From Asterias rubens (Eukaryota): 64,000 nt of DNA. A program made the translations under genes and the position numbers. The notes beneath the pieces were generated by a model, which saw only the letters and a program-made list of their open reading frames with translations, searched no databases and was not told the DNA's origin. This document shows, one piece after another, positions 60,960-64,000 of the stretch. Numbering within the stretch: position 1 is the stretch's first letter; every line of letters begins with the position of its first letter. The DNA is taken from positions 6,324,001 to 6,388,000 of the forward strand of contig NC_047071.1 of assembly GCF_902459465.1 (NCBI RefSeq), read 5' to 3'.

Positions 60960-63260
60960 GACCCGATTGAAATTTTTTTATTGACAAAAGTGTTTACACT
61001 TGATATAGGCGGTTGCACGTTCCCTTCTATCGTGTTGTGTCGTTGCATGTCTGTACTTTGTAGTATCTGCGACGACCAGTTGTTTCCCAGGGTTGTAGAA
61101 TACTTGTATGTCGTACTTCTGCACCCTGAGCAGTAGTCTTTGTACTCTGAGCGGGCAATCAGTCAGTGATTTCTTAAACAGACTGATAAGAGGCTTATGG
61201 TATGTCTCAGCCTCTACTGTAGCTCCATAAATGAGCTGATGAAAGCGCTCACAGGCGAATACAATTCCAAGGAGCTTCTTCTCTATCTGCGCATAAAGAG
61301 TCTCCGCACTAGTCATGGCTCTCGAAGCATAGGCCACGGGTGTCCATTTGTTGTCATGGAGTTGCAAAAGAACTGCACCAAGGCCGTCCTTACTAGCGTC
61401 GGATGATAGGCGTATTGGGCAATCTGGGTCATAGTGCTGCAGTACAGGCTGGGTAGAAATTGCATTTTTCAAGTCGCTCCATGACCTGTCTTGTTCTGGA
61501 CCCCATTGCCATTGATTGTCTTCTTTGAGTAGTGCTCGTAGCGGGGCTGATTTTCATGAAAATCACACTACCCACTTGGCCGAATCTGTGACCATGCCCA
61601 AAAAGCTCTGTAGTTCTTGCTTGCTTTCTGGTTTGACCATGTTGTTGAATGCTGTGACCTTTTGTGGGTCTGGTTTGACACCTTCTGCTGTTACCAGATC
61701 ACCGATAAATGTGAGTTGTGTGACACCAATCTCACATTTGTCTCTGTTCATCTTGAGGTTCACTTGGCGTGCTATTTCTAGTGTTTTCTGTAGGCTGTTA
61801 TCATGAGCCTCTCTGGTCACGCCATAGATGATGATGTCGTCAGCAATGGTACTGACACCGTCGATTGATTCAAAGATCTGGTGTATAGTTATGGTAAACC
61901 TCTGGTGCTGTCGATATGCCAAACGGTAGTCTCAGATGTCTATACCTATCGAATGGCGTGTTAAATGTACACAAATGGCTACTTTCGTAGTCTAGCTGAA
62001 TCTGCCAAAATCCTTGCGAGGCGTTCAGCTTAGAGTAGTATTTTGCACCCGCGAACTGTTACATGATCTCTTCTCGTGTGGGCATTTTATAGTGTTCTCG
62101 TTTAATAGCACGATTTAAGTCTCGCAGATCCATACACACGCGGATGGCATCTTTTTTTTTCTTTACGACGACTAGGGAATTCACCCATTTAGTAGGCTTT
62201 TTGACTCTGGTGATGACGTTAAGACGTTTCACACGTTCAAATTCTTTCTTTAAACCGCATGCACCACTGGCGTTGCTGTCTGATCAACGGTGATTGTGTG
62301 CATGCCCGGTAAACAACCGAGTCAATCAAAAACATCGTGGTAGTCATGCAGTAGGTTTGCATAGTTGCTATTGTCGTCTTTGCTGTGGTCTGTTTTTGCG
62401 ACAGCACAGGCTAGTTTGACGAGACCCAACCGTTCACAAGCTTGTCTGCCTAACAATGCTTGTTTGTTTCCAGGAACTACAAAGACCAGCATTTTGTGTT
62501 TGCGTGCGTTATGGTCCACAGTGACAACACATTTCCCTTTAACTGTGATCTGACTTTGGTTGTAGGCTTTTAGTGTTTTTGTGGCCCTTCTTAGCTGTGG
62601 CTTATTTTGAATTTGATTGTAGTCAGACTCTGGCAGAATGTTCACTTGAGCACCCGTGTCTAGTTTGATGGGTATGGTTGTTCCATTCATTGTGAGGGGA
62701 TAGACCCATTCACCTGTTTATGTGTTTACTGAGTCTACCATGACAGTGTCCAAAACAAAATCAATTGAGTCCTGATCCTCCTCATCTACTGGGTGTACTT
62801 GGCGTTGCCCCCTTTTCTAGAAGCAACACTTGGCAAAGTGATTCTTGCCTTTACAGTACGCACAAATTTCACAATACGCTGGGCATTTTCCGGAAACATG
62901 CCAGTTATCACAGCGTCTGTAGTGATGCTTATCACCAGTTTGTTGTTTATTTTGAGTTGTCTGGTCATTAGGTGTATTCCATGGCTTTTTGTCAGTGCTG
63001 CGGATTGTAGTTCTTTGGAACGCTCTTTTACTAATTCAGCAGCCTTGCAAATTTTGAGTGCTTTGTCAAGACTTAATTCTTCATCTCGAAGAACCTCTTT
63101 TCTCGTTTGGTCTTCCTGAAAGGACGATATAAACAATTTCGAATGACATAGTCACGTAGGGAATCCAGCCATATGTCAGCACCTTTTTTTGTTCGCGTGA
63201 GGTGAACAGCTTTTTCATTGGTCATTTTAACGTCAGCTTCCTCTTTAAACTGCGCCACCC
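60960..63260 (-). mobile_element. degenerate Gypsy/Ty3 internal region (gag, protease, RT, RNase H); no integrase or LTR found
   Basis: gag LRDEELSLDKALKICKAAE, PR KLDTGAQVNILP, RT IADDIIIYG, RH SDASKDGLGAVLLQ...AYASR...YAQIEKK; multiple frameshifts. Confidence 0.88.
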
Positions 63261-63793
63261 TTTAATCTATCGCCCTCGCGAACATTGTGCGTCCACTTAA
63301 AACCCAGCTTTTGATAATTTCACAATCAGGCCTAGATTTGCAACAGGGGTTTCACAAAATTTAAGATCAAATAAACATCCTTGTCCTGGAATTTTCCTTT
63401 TGTTTATACATAAACTATAACCGATTAATTGCATCATGTTTAAAAAGCTAAAACTAAATTAAACAAGACCTAATGAGTTTTTTTTTAAATAATATTTAGA
63501 ATAATTTAAAGCCAAGATTTGATTTGATTTTTTCGTCTGTCGTGTTTTCTCGCTCCGGTGCGCGCGAGACTTGCACAGTCTATTGAATTATTGTATAAAG
63601 ATGACAAGGTTTCAAATCATTACTTTAAAACATTGTGAGAAAGAGCTCTCTCTGAAGTATTGTAGTTTTGAGAAATTACTCACTCAGATTATGCATCTGA
63701 CAGCTCACAAAGTTTTATTTTAATTCACTGCAGCATTCCTTTAAGCATGTACATATGTACAACGTATTTACGGGAGTCTCCTGAAATTATTAT

Positions 63794-63979
63794 ACACATA
63801 TTGACTGGCAACGAGGTAACTAGTATACGTCTATTCCCACAAGGGACTTTGAGTGACCAGAAGAGCGACCTATTTCCCGAGGCCGAAAGCCGAGGGAAAT
63901 AGGCCCTCTTTTGGTCACTCACAGGCCCGAGGGGGAATAGACGTACACTAGTTACCGAGTTATGCCAGTCAATATGTGT
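63794..63979. mobile_element. second copy of the foldback element, inverted relative to 51577-51763
   Basis: Same arms; central cccgaggccgaaagccgaggg; flank ttataacacagctcggtctt matches the reverse complement of 51557-51576, so the element runs off the window. Confidence 0.8.
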
Positions 63980-64000
63980 TTTATAACACAGCTCGGTCTT

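Noticed and set aside
18-63922. Numerous short (60-180 aa) ORFs in the supplied track
   Set aside because: They are antisense or alternate-frame shadows of transposon ORFs, or random ORFs in repeats, with no recognisable motifs.

Overview
Eukaryotic (animal) genomic DNA, AT-rich and dominated by repeats. An echinoderm, possibly a sea star, is my inference from recalled MITE sequence and is unverified. The window lies inside a + strand cAMP phosphodiesterase 8 (PDE8) gene. Six well-supported coding exons (REC-end, PAS and linker regions) plus one candidate exon splice in frame; the gene start and catalytic domain lie outside the window or were not found. The introns are packed with nested transposons: two L1/Tx1-clade LINEs (one sitting in a GAA microsatellite and itself interrupted by a tRNA-SINE), several L2/CR1 fragments, a full-length BEL/Pao LTR element (738-bp LTRs, 5-bp TSD), a near-complete DIRS1-type tyrosine-recombinase retrotransposon (ITRs plus ICR), a decayed Gypsy, a Penelope fragment, a non-autonomous Helitron, Helentron-like (HINE) elements carrying internal tandem arrays, and many MITEs. 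The most unusual observations concern the DIRS termini: U1-complementary motifs, a poly-G/poly-C junction, and an in-frame loss of the methyltransferase core. All comparisons were made by eye and no database searches were run.
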